Below, piece by piece: positions 25,997-33,922 of a stretch of DNA of 35,455 bases. The stretch's first letter is position 1; every line of letters begins with the position of its first letter. The translations under genes and the position numbers were made by a program. Source of the stretch: a virus (lineage: Duplodnaviria; Caudoviricetes); the IMG/VR virus record IMGVR_UViG_3300030329_003528, positions 1 to 35,455 of that record; one strand, given 5' to 3'. The notes beneath the pieces are model-generated. The model did no database searches and was not told where the DNA came from. It saw nothing but the letters and a program-made list of their open reading frames with translations.

Positions 25997-26925
25997 GCCA
26001 TTGTCTTAATGTTAAAACCAACCTTTTCCAGGATCTCTTCTTCGGTCAGTATTGGACTTTTTTTTGGCTTTACCTGGTTATCCTTTGCCTTCAAGGTACG
26101 ATACTCCCATTCCTTCATAAACTGGTCACCACACTTACAAAAGGTTTCTTCAGGTGTAATACTCCCTGCTATCTCTTTCTCTTTGTCACAGCCAAAACAG
26201 ATATACTTCTGCTTCTTTTCCTTTTTTGGTTGGTCCATTACACTTTGTGTACCACTGGAAAAATTGAAAGCGTTCACATTCGACTTCCAGGTATTCATTC
26301 GCCTGGAAAGGTCAAACACCTTTTCCATCTCCCATCGCATTTTCCTACCACCTTCATTGGAAGCACCCCAATGATCAATGAACTTATCGATCTCTTGTTT
26401 GGGTAATCCTTTTTCCTTACCGACCTTGTTTACTTTTTCTGAAAAGATTGCAAATCTCTCTTTGAGTGTGGGCGTTGAATTTTTAGCAACGCCACTATTA
26501 TTACTTTTATTAATATTATTATTATTATTATAAGTAGTACCACCTGGTGTACCACTTACTGTACCACCTACTGTACCACCTACTGTGTCAACTGCTGTGT
26601 CAGTCATTGATTGATATTTGTCAAAATTCTTAATTTTCACGACGAGAAACCCAAAATCTGTATGTGTGTCAATCATTGTGTCAGTTTTTAGACGATTTAT
26701 GAATTTTATTACGGTATTCTTGCTCATACCCCAGTCCACCGCTAATGATCTATAAGATGTAGGAAACTCACCTCTTTGAATGGTAACAACTGTATCTTTA
26801 TAAGGTTTTTTTACGTCACTATAATTGGCTCGTAATAACATATCTAACCAGGCTTTGAGATACTTTGGATTATCCCACACCCAATTATTTTTGATTTGTC
26901 TATGTAAACTAATGTATCCTTTCAT
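25993..26925 (-). CDS. Replication initiator (lambda O/DnaD-like N-terminal HTH, C-terminal Zn ribbon)
   Basis: MKGYISLHRQI..W.W...W..MLL.AN..RGEF.TS.R.LA..W; internal iterons; F.DHW..K.RWE..K.FD..RR..TW motif; start set by the ATGA overlap. Confidence 0.85.
   Translation of the reverse strand: MKGYISLHRQIKNNWVWDNPKYLKAWLDMLLRANYSDVKKPYKDTVVTIQRGEFPTSYRSLAVDWGMSKNTVIKFINRLKTDTMIDTHTDFGFLVVKIKNFDKYQSMTDTAVDTVGGTVGGTVSGTPGGTTYNNNNNINKSNNSGVAKNSTPTLKERFAIFSEKVNKVGKEKGLPKQEIDKFIDHWGASNEGGRKMRWEMEKVFDLSRRMNTWKSNVNAFNFSSGTQSVMDQPKKEKKQKYICFGCDKEKEIAGSITPEETFCKCGDQFMKEWEYRTLKAKDNQVKPKKSPILTEEEILEKVGFNIKTMA
26496..26608. repeat. Putative replication origin: six 12-bp iterons plus an AT-rich tract
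   Basis: GTACCACCTGGT/GTACCACTTACT/GTACCACCTACT x2/GTGTCAACTGCT/GTGTCAGTCATT at 26537-26608, next to an (ATT)n tract at 26496-26533. Confidence 0.75.
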
Positions 26926-27314
26926 AATGGAAACTCCATATAACGGTAGAACCAATTCCTACCCTTTTCTTGTTTATTCTTTGCGGTTTCAACGGCAAGA
27001 AGTAAGTGATCCTCGCCTTTATATGGCACATAGGCTATAATATCCTTTGGCTTGTACCAGACCGCTATTACATCTATGTTGCTATTTTTATACTTTGTTA
27101 ATTTTATCTCAATGCAAGTCCCTCGTAATGCCTTCTTTGCCTTGACCTGTACTCGTTTTAAAACTTTTCCTGTGTCTACCACCAGGTCACATAGGTTATC
27201 ATCGACTACACTCTGATACACATCTAATCCCTGGTTGATCAACAGATCCCTGGACACTGCCTGTTCACCTTCCCATCCAAATCGTTTTGTGTTATTTTTT
27301 ATTAAATCTTCCAT
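26922..27314 (-). CDS. PD-(D/E)XK endonuclease
   Basis: G..GE..V..DL...DLVVD....RVQVK motif. Confidence 0.75.
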   Translation of the reverse strand: MEDLIKNNTKRFGWEGEQAVSRDLLINQGLDVYQSVVDDNLCDLVVDTGKVLKRVQVKAKKALRGTCIEIKLTKYKNSNIDVIAVWYKPKDIIAYVPYKGEDHLLLAVETAKNKQEKGRNWFYRYMEFPL

Positions 27315-27772
27315 CGATACACTTTCGTATATGTGCTATCTGCAATTGACCACTTTCCGACATCTGTATAACTAATTTTTTTGATTTCGGCATCCTTGTC
27401 CCCAAAAATAACAAATACATACCAATCACATATCTTTTCAGGATTATTGTGAGCATCGTAATTCACCATTAAATAGCCCTTATCTCTCTTAACTCCCTTT
27501 ATGTCGTAGGTTTCACCACCTATAACTAAATCTGCACCTACAACAGGCTTTGTGTCTATCATTGGTGTGAAATAAGCGTGTCGTATCTCCTTCTCCCAAA
27601 CCACATGACGAACTACTAATTCTGCTTTGATCCCTAAAATACTTATAGACTTTTCCTGTTTCCCACGATATTTATCTGTATCTTGGTTGTAGATACTTGC
27701 ACTAATCTTTGTACGACTGTCTGCCAACTCGATGGATAGATTAGACACCCATACTGGTACATCCACTTTCAC
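27302..27772 (-). CDS. Hypothetical protein, possible restriction-endonuclease-like fold
   Basis: G.KAE...ADLVI....DIKG...DWYVFV pattern. Confidence 0.6.
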   Translation of the reverse strand: MKVDVPVWVSNLSIELADSRTKISASIYNQDTDKYRGKQEKSISILGIKAELVVRHVVWEKEIRHAYFTPMIDTKPVVGADLVIGGETYDIKGVKRDKGYLMVNYDAHNNPEKICDWYVFVIFGDKDAEIKKISYTDVGKWSIADSTYTKVYRWKI

Positions 27773-27960
27773 TTCTTATCCACTACTTCTTTTACTATGG
27801 TGGCAAATCGCAAATTGCCAATTCTATTATTCATATGATCATCACATAGATCCTGAATCCGCTTTAACTTGGTAGCCAGGATTCTATTATTTAGGTTCTC
27901 CTGGGCAAATTCACCCTGGAGTTCCTGGTATTGTTTTCTACTTACAAATGGTAGTTTCAT
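27769..27960 (-). CDS. Hypothetical coiled-coil protein
   Basis: Overlaps its neighbours in the operon. Confidence 0.6.
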   Translation of the reverse strand: MKLPFVSRKQYQELQGEFAQENLNNRILATKLKRIQDLCDDHMNNRIGNLRFATIVKEVVDKK

Positions 27961-28132
27961 TTTTTACCCATTTAAAATGTTTAGCGATCAATTCATCCCT
28001 ATTTGGTATGTCAAATCCATTGATCAATAGATCTATTTCTTGCTGTCTTTTGTTCTTTTGCTCTACAGTCTCAATAACATTGGGGGTGCTTTTACATACA
28101 TACCGTAATATTGAAACCATAAAGCAAATCAT
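27938..28132 (-). CDS. Hypothetical protein
   Basis: ATGA overlap with rusA; fills the operon gap. Confidence 0.5.
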   Translation of the reverse strand: MICFMVSILRYVCKSTPNVIETVEQKNKRQQEIDLLINGFDIPNRDELIAKHFKWVKNETTICK

Positions 28133-28536
28133 TCCACACCCTTAATCTGTACTACGGTCCTGGGATTCGATGAATACTTTTTAATAGCCTTTAAATGACA
28201 TACCTGACTATCATCCTTATAGAACACTCCATTCAAAGCATCTAATACCAATTTTACAAAGTTATCTATGTCTGCCCTGGATGTATGCCAGGTCGGAGCA
28301 TTATCCTTTAACATATGGGAATACTTGCCTGTTCTATAATGTGCCTTTGGTCGGGCGACATAGAACTCAAGTGTCATTGAGATAGGTCCATATTCGGGCG
28401 ATTTGGGAGCCATATTTAGCACAGATGCTAAAAAATAGCGTTTATCCGCCTTACTTGGATCGTAAGTGTGTCCGCTTCTTAGATGCCTGTGTCGTTTAAG
28501 GGCAACTGGTGAGCCCTCTACAGTTAATTCTATCAT
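28129..28536 (-). CDS. rusA: RusA-like Holliday junction resolvase
   Basis: DIDNFVKLVLDALNGVFYKDDSQV catalytic motif. Confidence 0.92.
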   Translation of the reverse strand: MIELTVEGSPVALKRHRHLRSGHTYDPSKADKRYFLASVLNMAPKSPEYGPISMTLEFYVARPKAHYRTGKYSHMLKDNAPTWHTSRADIDNFVKLVLDALNGVFYKDDSQVCHLKAIKKYSSNPRTVVQIKGVE

Positions 28537-28560
28537 ATGGTATGTGGTTACCGTTCATAG

Positions 28561-28680
28561 TTATCGTCTTAAAAATTCTGAAATTCTATCACAAGCAAAA
28601 GGCAGAAAGATCAGGCTAACTACCAAGATCCCTACACTTGTTGCAAAGGTCCATAGATTTAATATCCATTCATATATCAT
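28561..28680 (-). CDS. Small membrane protein (39 aa)
   Basis: Own translation: MIYEWILNLWTFATSVGILVVSLIFLPFACDRISEFLRR; GGAGG RBS; ATGA overlap. Confidence 0.6.
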   Translation of the reverse strand: MIYEWILNLWTFATSVGILVVSLIFLPFACDRISEFLRR

Positions 28681-28868
28681 TCTTCCTCCTGTTTTTGACT
28701 GTTAATGAAATCTGTGGTATAGTCATTGAGCCTATCGTGTAATTGTTGTGTGATTTGAACTTTCTTTTTATCGCTTTCATTCCTGCTCTTCACAACAACC
28801 ATAGACAATCCTTCAAGAATTATCATCATTTCAGCAGGAGTTATACTGTTGAGTTTCATTTTCCCCAC
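28677..28868 (-). CDS. Hypothetical protein
   Basis: Tiles the operon; the start may be the second Met. Confidence 0.6.
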   Translation of the reverse strand: MGKMKLNSITPAEMMIILEGLSMVVVKSRNESDKKKVQITQQLHDRLNDYTTDFINSQKQEEE

Positions 28869-29203
28869 TTTCCCCTTCTCACAATAAGACCTATGATTGA
28901 ATAATTACCAACATCTAAAAGGCTATCTTCAATCGACTCATTTTGTGGCTTTGATCTGTTAATAAATAAATTCAGTAATCTTTGCACTTTGTCATTAATG
29001 CGATACCATAACCCCTGTAGGCTAAAATCCCTTTCTTCCTGGGTTTTTAATTGAGTTCCGACACTGATATTGCCTGGACCATAATCGAGTTGTTTTTGAC
29101 AAAATAATATCTTTTGCTCTTCTTGTATCTTTTCAAATTCCGCATAAGTTTGTGGATACATTTTTTTAATTTTCTCTTTTACGCTTTTCTTTTTGCCACT
29201 CAT
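28856..29203 (-). CDS. DUF1599 / nucleotide-modification-associated domain 1 protein
   Basis: KQLDYGPGNI...RINDK..RL.NL...ESIEDSLLD.GNY.II motif. Confidence 0.8.
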   Translation of the reverse strand: MSGKKKSVKEKIKKMYPQTYAEFEKIQEEQKILFCQKQLDYGPGNISVGTQLKTQEERDFSLQGLWYRINDKVQRLLNLFINRSKPQNESIEDSLLDVGNYSIIGLIVRRGKWGK

Positions 29204-29393
29204 CCCTTAACCTGTTTATAAATTCTTTAAATCTCTGTGGGGAGACCTGCCAAAGTGGTTGCCAACCCAGGTGAATCCTTTTCATCTGTAACACCTTCCG
29301 CATACCTAACCCTTCTGGATAATCCAGTTGGGCTCTTGAGTATGCTATTTGACAGGTTTCCCATTCCTTACTTCCTGAATAATCGTTAGCCAA
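29166..29393 (-). CDS. Hypothetical protein
   Basis: 75-aa ORF tiling the operon; TTG start uncertain. Confidence 0.45.
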   Translation of the reverse strand: MANDYSGSKEWETCQIAYSRAQLDYPEGLGMRKVLQMKRIHLGWQPLWQVSPQRFKEFINRLRDEWQKEKRKREN

Positions 29394-30045
29394 TGTATTG
29401 GTTTAGTATTTCTAAAGTATCGGTATCCAGATCCTTAACATTGGTTTTGATCCATTTCATATAATCTGTACCAATTTCTGCCTTACCTTTATCATCAACA
29501 GTATCGATCAATGCAACTTCTGACCATTGCATCCCTTTGTATTTTTTAAAGTTGCATACAGCATCTTTTATTACCCCTGTATTACCATTGCTCATCTTTT
29601 TCATAGCCTGGTCTACAGTACCATTCAATAATGGTTTTTCTAATTCATTAATTAGGTCTCGATTACGCTTTTGTGTTGGTGGATTTAAACTACCATCATC
29701 ATTTATCAGTTCTTCGTATTTCTCTATCTCTTCCTGGGATGCTAACTCACTTTCACCACCATACTGCGGATCAAAGAATGCCAATGCCCTACCAACAGCA
29801 ACTGTTTCTGCCTTCTCAAATGCCTTTTCCTTTGCAATAGCATTAAATCCGTGACCTGTTGCAAGTATAACATCACCTTCTGATATAGTTGCCTTGAATA
29901 CAACATAACTATCCGTAAGTGTATGGATCTCTGTATGAATCAATACCCCATCTATTCCTACTGGGAATCTTCCTTTAAAAGCAGTAAGCCTATCCACCAC
30001 TCTGGTGTATAGTTTGCCACCTTGCACTCTTATTCTTTCACTCAT
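29386..30045 (-). CDS. Putative single-strand annealing recombinase
   Basis: Y..V..RL..F...VVFKATI..ATGH...EKAET.AVGRAL...AS.EE; directly after the YqaJ exonuclease; AGGAG RBS. Confidence 0.65.
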   Translation of the reverse strand: MSERIRVQGGKLYTRVVDRLTAFKGRFPVGIDGVLIHTEIHTLTDSYVVFKATISEGDVILATGHGFNAIAKEKAFEKAETVAVGRALAFFDPQYGGESELASQEEIEKYEELINDDGSLNPPTQKRNRDLINELEKPLLNGTVDQAMKKMSNGNTGVIKDAVCNFKKYKGMQWSEVALIDTVDDKGKAEIGTDYMKWIKTNVKDLDTDTLEILNQYIG

Positions 30046-30057
30046 TATTCTCTCCTG

Positions 30058-30987
30058 TTATTTTATTCTTAATGTTCTAATTGGATTACCTTCCTTGAGA
30101 TACTTCTCATATAATTCAGGATGGTCTACCTTAAAATCCTTCTGGTTAAATGATGTCCTGGGCTTACTATTCTTCCAGGTAGCAAGAGTATCCTCACCAT
30201 AGGTAATAGACTCTGCATCTTCCATCGTTTTCTTAATGTCCAATTCCAGTTCCTTAATGGATTGGTCCATTTCTTTTTTTGTAGCCTTGAATTGTTTCAA
30301 GGTCTCTATCTTTGTAGCCAGTTCAGGTGATGCTTCCAGGCTATGCCCATTTGCCTGGGGATATAACTCTTTAATGTCACTATCTGTAGTTGCTTCAGGT
30401 GGATGTTGTGGTACAATATGGTTATACCAAAAGTCCACACATTTATTGATCACCATATCCGCAAATTCCTCATCGTAGTCATACTCTTGAATCTCAAATG
30501 ATTCTGGACCAGCATACCCAAAAGTGAGTATGGCTACATAAGCCTTCTTCATTCCTGTTACTGCCATCTGTCCCTGGATCTGGGTATAATACTGAATAGG
30601 TAATTCAGCACCCCAAGTGTCCCTGGCAACCGAGGATGCGGTTTTGATCTCTAATACTGATCGGGTTGTATCAGCGTGGTGTATGACACCATCAAGATTT
30701 GTTGCCAGGAAATCATACTTGGGATGAAATCGTACATAACCATCTATTGCTACCTTACAATCCATTTCTTCTTCTACCCACTTTGCAATCATGGGTTCAA
30801 TGTCTCTGCCTAACTTCATTCGCAGGTTATCAAATGATTCGTAGCCATTTATCTTGTCAGTATAAACGCCCAATGGACTTTTATATTGATTAAATATTCC
30901 TGCGACCACCGCCCACTCACTGCTACCGATATAGGTCTTTCTTAACTCCAGATCCAGGTCTGGTCCTTGTTTAATTGGTTCTCTCAT
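30058..30987 (-). CDS. YqaJ/lambda-type exonuclease
   Basis: R..YIGSSE...G..IEP.IA...NLDG...LEIKT...Y.TQ.Q.QM.VTG; start moved to MREPIK (ATGA overlap). Confidence 0.92.
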   Translation of the reverse strand: MREPIKQGPDLDLELRKTYIGSSEWAVVAGIFNQYKSPLGVYTDKINGYESFDNLRMKLGRDIEPMIAKWVEEEMDCKVAIDGYVRFHPKYDFLATNLDGVIHHADTTRSVLEIKTASSVARDTWGAELPIQYYTQIQGQMAVTGMKKAYVAILTFGYAGPESFEIQEYDYDEEFADMVINKCVDFWYNHIVPQHPPEATTDSDIKELYPQANGHSLEASPELATKIETLKQFKATKKEMDQSIKELELDIKKTMEDAESITYGEDTLATWKNSKPRTSFNQKDFKVDHPELYEKYLKEGNPIRTLRIK

Positions 30988-31064
30988 AATATCCCATCCC
31001 TTATGATGTAAAAGCAAAAAGCGAATACAATAAATAGGACAAGCACTGCTTCTAATAATTCCAT
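30984..31064 (-). CDS. Tiny membrane peptide (26 aa)
   Basis: Own translation: MELLEAVLVLFIVFAFCFYIIRDGIL; its stop overlaps the exonuclease ATG. Confidence 0.55.
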   Translation of the reverse strand: MELLEAVLVLFIVFAFCFYIIRDGIL

Positions 31065-31077
31065 TATCTCTTCAAAT

Positions 31078-31302
31078 CTATTCATCATCTAACTCCTCTC
31101 CACAATCCAGGCAGAACCAATAGGTATAATATTGATGCTCCTCTCTGCCATAGTAATGCTCACCCTGTTCAACCTCTTTATGCTCACAAAGGGTTGCCCC
31201 ACCTGGTTGTAGTTGTGGTTGAGGAGCGAGGCTCGATACGGAGTCCTCACCAGATGGGGCGGAGCGTGTTCTATCTAAATCTTGTTGGAATGGGAATGGC
31301 AT
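31078..31302 (-). CDS. Hypothetical protein with Zn-ribbon-like C-terminus
   Basis: CEH...CLDCG; GAGGT RBS; TAATG coupling. Confidence 0.65.
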   Translation of the reverse strand: MPFPFQQDLDRTRSAPSGEDSVSSLAPQPQLQPGGATLCEHKEVEQGEHYYGREEHQYYTYWFCLDCGEELDDE

Positions 31303-31640
31303 TACTTACCTCTCTGTAAAAATTGTTCCAATTCAATTCTATACTTTTTAGGCAATCTTCCAAAGTCTGTTCCTGTATATATTGTTCCATCTTTTTGAAC
31401 ATCAGCATAATCAAGTAAAAAACAATCATCACCATCATCTTTCCATTTTTGAATTGTAATTCTATGGGTATCATTATTGATATCATCAATAACCTCTTTA
31501 ATCACCTTTGTGCTTTTACCAAATAATTCAGAAAGGGAATCTCCATATGTAAAATCTTCTGTATCCCAACATTCATTTCCATCTTCACCAATATGCACAT
31601 TAGATATTGTTTCCCAATGCCATTCATAAAAATATTTCAT
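31302..31640 (-). CDS. Hypothetical acidic early protein
   Basis: Start reassigned to MKYFYEW on the AGGAG RBS. Confidence 0.65.
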   Translation of the reverse strand: MKYFYEWHWETISNVHIGEDGNECWDTEDFTYGDSLSELFGKSTKVIKEVIDDINNDTHRITIQKWKDDGDDCFLLDYADVQKDGTIYTGTDFGRLPKKYRIELEQFLQRGK

Positions 31641-31662
31641 TTCCTCGCTCCTGTTTTGTTTG

Positions 31663-31869
31663 TTATGATGCAACCTGGAATACATTGCTCTCTATGTATC
31701 GCTCCAGGTCACTTTTCTTTACTCTGTAAAGTCTTGAGTTAAACTTCATTGCTGGTAACTCTCCAGCCTTCACCAGGATCAATACCTGTTGCCTGGTGAC
31801 TCGTAAAACCTCGCTCACTTCTTTTATTGTGAGCATTTCTAAATCTTTATAGTTGTTAATAGTTGTCAT
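31663..31869 (-). CDS. Excisionase/Cox/Apl-like winged HTH
   Basis: MLTIKEVSE.LRV....V..LVK.GELPA.K....YRV...DL..YI (HTH_17 pattern); first gene of the leftward early operon. Confidence 0.85.
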   Translation of the reverse strand: MTTINNYKDLEMLTIKEVSEVLRVTRQQVLILVKAGELPAMKFNSRLYRVKKSDLERYIESNVFQVAS

Positions 31870-31910
31870 AAGTTGTATGTTTTTTAGTGATTAACATTAA
31901 TTATACAACA

Positions 31911-31939
31911 ATTTTAACAATGTTGTTTATTTGTTGCAA
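31911..31939 (-). promoter_or_regulatory. Sigma70-type early (lytic) promoter
   Basis: Minus strand TTGCAA-17 nt-TAAAAT; the inverted repeat ACAACA-N10-TGTTGT straddles the -10. Confidence 0.7.
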
Positions 31940-31982
31940 GACATATTTTTAACAACATAACCACAACTAATGGGAGGTAGTT

Positions 31983-32753
31983 ATGGGTATTGTAGAAGAT
32001 TTTATAAATAATATTAAAAAGAGAGAGGGTTTAAAATTTGATAGTCAAGTGGCTAAACTTCTTGAGGTGGACAATAGACAACTTGCTACATATAAAAGTA
32101 GAGACAGTTTACCATTTAAGTACCAAGAATGGTATTGTGATAAATATGATATTGAATTAAAAGATTTTCACAAGGAAATAAAACTAACCAACAAAGACAT
32201 ACAATTAGAAGGAGATGATAGTATGGATGCAAGATATGTGATTGACTTACAAAGGGAAAAGATCAAGCGACAAGAAAAAGAAATTTCTATGTATAGAGAT
32301 TACATAGATACCCAGCCATTGCAAAAATTGCAATTTGATGAAATAGCAGAGGATATGAGTTCAACTGTTTATGTCCGCAATGTTTTTTCATTGAAACCAA
32401 TGGAAAGAAAAATGGTAGATCTTCATAATGCCAAGGTCATAGAACAACAATTAGGGCTACCAAAAGGACATGGGTACTGGGCAGAGGATCAATGGTTTAC
32501 ATTTGATGAACACCCAGTAGATGCTATCATAGATAGCAACACTTTGTCTGAATTAAAAAAGATAGCAAGAACTTTACCTTCACTGTTTGAATCTTTAAAA
32601 TTTATGGTAGGCTTACATTATATGACTTTTCCAGTTGTTTATGAATATAATGATAAACGATTAAGAACTATGTGTTATATTTTATTGGACTGGACTTCAA
32701 TGCCAAAAAGAATCCTTGCCAAATCAGTAATAATGCATAGTAGAGAAGAGTGA
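31983..32753 (+). CDS. CI-like repressor: N-terminal HTH, coiled coil, C-terminal PAS-like domain
   Basis: K.DSQVAKLL.V....LATYKSRDSLP resembles the 186-CI-type HTH; divergent from the Xis-like gene; GGAGGT RBS; GTGA overlap with the integrase. Confidence 0.7.
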   Translation: MGIVEDFINNIKKREGLKFDSQVAKLLEVDNRQLATYKSRDSLPFKYQEWYCDKYDIELKDFHKEIKLTNKDIQLEGDDSMDARYVIDLQREKIKRQEKEISMYRDYIDTQPLQKLQFDEIAEDMSSTVYVRNVFSLKPMERKMVDLHNAKVIEQQLGLPKGHGYWAEDQWFTFDEHPVDAIIDSNTLSELKKIARTLPSLFESLKFMVGLHYMTFPVVYEYNDKRLRTMCYILLDWTSMPKRILAKSVIMHSREE

Positions 32754-33709
32754 GCAGGATCTACAAAAGAAAGGGTTCGCCTTATTGGTGGTACACATCA
32801 GGAACACCGCCACATAGAATAAAAAGATCTACTGGAACACAAGATAGAAAGGTAGCCATCCGCATCCAGGCTAAATGGGACCAGGAGATCGCACTGCAAC
32901 GATCAGGAGTAGAAGTAGCCACCATAGACCTACAGATACCCTTCAGACAATACATTGACCAGGTAATGAGTAATAAGGGTAAGAAACAGGCACAATGTAT
33001 CAAGTCAGCCCTTAATGTATTTATGAATATGAACAAAGGGATCACTAATAAACATTTGACCTCATTCTTTTTACAGGAATACTTTGCCAAGCGTAAGGCT
33101 ATGGGAAGATCACCAAAGACCATTAATGAGGACCATAAGACCATTAGTAACTTTTGTGAGTGGATGATCATAATGGGTTATTTACTAAAGAACCCTACAA
33201 GTGGTCTAATTCGCCCTAAATTGGTTAAAGTTCGCCCCAGGGAAGCATTTACCAGAGAAGAGATAAACTACGCTTTAAACGAAGCCTGGTTGGACCACGA
33301 TAAAAGATTCTGGTCCCTTTTATATAAATCTGGATTACGAGCCAGAGATGCCTGTACCCTTACTATTAATGACATTAATGGAAAGTTCATTCAACTCTCC
33401 CAGGAAAAGACACAAGAGTATGATCAGCCAAGAATTGTTGTGGTCCCCTTACATGACGATCTAAAGAAGATGGATATATTTAATATTATGAAACCTGGAT
33501 CCATTGGTAACTCCAGGGAAAGACTTAAAAAAATATTAGGTAAAGGCGATCTGCATTCCTTTCGCCATTCATTTGCATCTCACCTGGAAGAGTTTGGTGC
33601 TACCAGGTGGGATACCAAATGTCTATTAGGACATAAGGCTGATGATGTGACTGCTCAATATGTTAAGATCAATGTGGAAAGACTTGCCCCTATTATTAAC
33701 CAATTATGA
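32750..33709 (+). CDS. int: Tyrosine integrase
   Basis: Catalytic residues: SGLR (R), EKT (K), HSFRH (H-x-x-R), LLGH, QY; adjacent attP. Confidence 0.95.
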   Translation: MSRIYKRKGSPYWWYTSGTPPHRIKRSTGTQDRKVAIRIQAKWDQEIALQRSGVEVATIDLQIPFRQYIDQVMSNKGKKQAQCIKSALNVFMNMNKGITNKHLTSFFLQEYFAKRKAMGRSPKTINEDHKTISNFCEWMIIMGYLLKNPTSGLIRPKLVKVRPREAFTREEINYALNEAWLDHDKRFWSLLYKSGLRARDACTLTINDINGKFIQLSQEKTQEYDQPRIVVVPLHDDLKKMDIFNIMKPGSIGNSRERLKKILGKGDLHSFRHSFASHLEEFGATRWDTKCLLGHKADDVTAQYVKINVERLAPIINQL

Positions 33710-33731
33710 TTGGGACATTTTTGGGACATTT
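33710..33731 (+). repeat. Integrase arm-type sites (left)
   Basis: TTGGGACATTT twice in tandem. Confidence 0.75.
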
Positions 33732-33784
33732 AACTTCCCTCTTCTCTCGCAAACTCTGCACAACTTATAACAACTCCAAATAAC

Positions 33785-33811
33785 AAAAAACCCCTCGATA
33801 AAGAGAGGTTT
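33785..33811 (-). terminator. Terminator downstream of the attP tRNA fragment
   Basis: Minus strand AAACCTCTC-TTTATC-GAGGGGTTT followed by TTTGTT. Confidence 0.7.
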
Positions 33812-33819
33812 CTCGTCAA

Positions 33820-33865
33820 GTACGCCCGAGAGGACTCGAACCTCTAACCTTCTGGTCCGTAGCCA
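33820..33865 (-). other. attP core: 3' half of tRNA-Arg(ACG)
   Basis: Minus strand TGG-CTACGGA-CCAGA-AGGTT-AGAGG-TTCGAGT-CCTCT-CGGGCGT-AC: anticodon loop, T arm and acceptor 3' strand; no D arm or 5' half. Confidence 0.92.
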
Positions 33866-33901
33866 CAAGTTATAACTTATATATAGTGACTTACAAGGAT
33901 G

Positions 33902-33922
33902 TGGGACATAATTAATGTCCCA
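33902..33922. repeat. Integrase arm-type sites (right), inverted pair
   Basis: TGGGACAT-AATTA-ATGTCCCA; same motif as 33710-33731. Confidence 0.75.

Noticed and set aside
26537-26608. CRISPR-like or diversity-generating repeat array
   Set aside because: 12-bp tandem units without spacers inside the initiator gene; no cas or reverse transcriptase gene in the window.
31271-31489. Alternative-frame minus-strand ORF (also 8151-8354, 9705-9908, 18869-19072, 23910-24170)
   Set aside because: Nested out of frame in better-supported genes.
32782-33171. 129-aa minus-strand ORF inside the integrase
   Set aside because: Antisense shadow with no recognisable features.
33820-33865. Complete phage tRNA gene
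   Set aside because: No D arm or 5' acceptor strand; it is an attP core.
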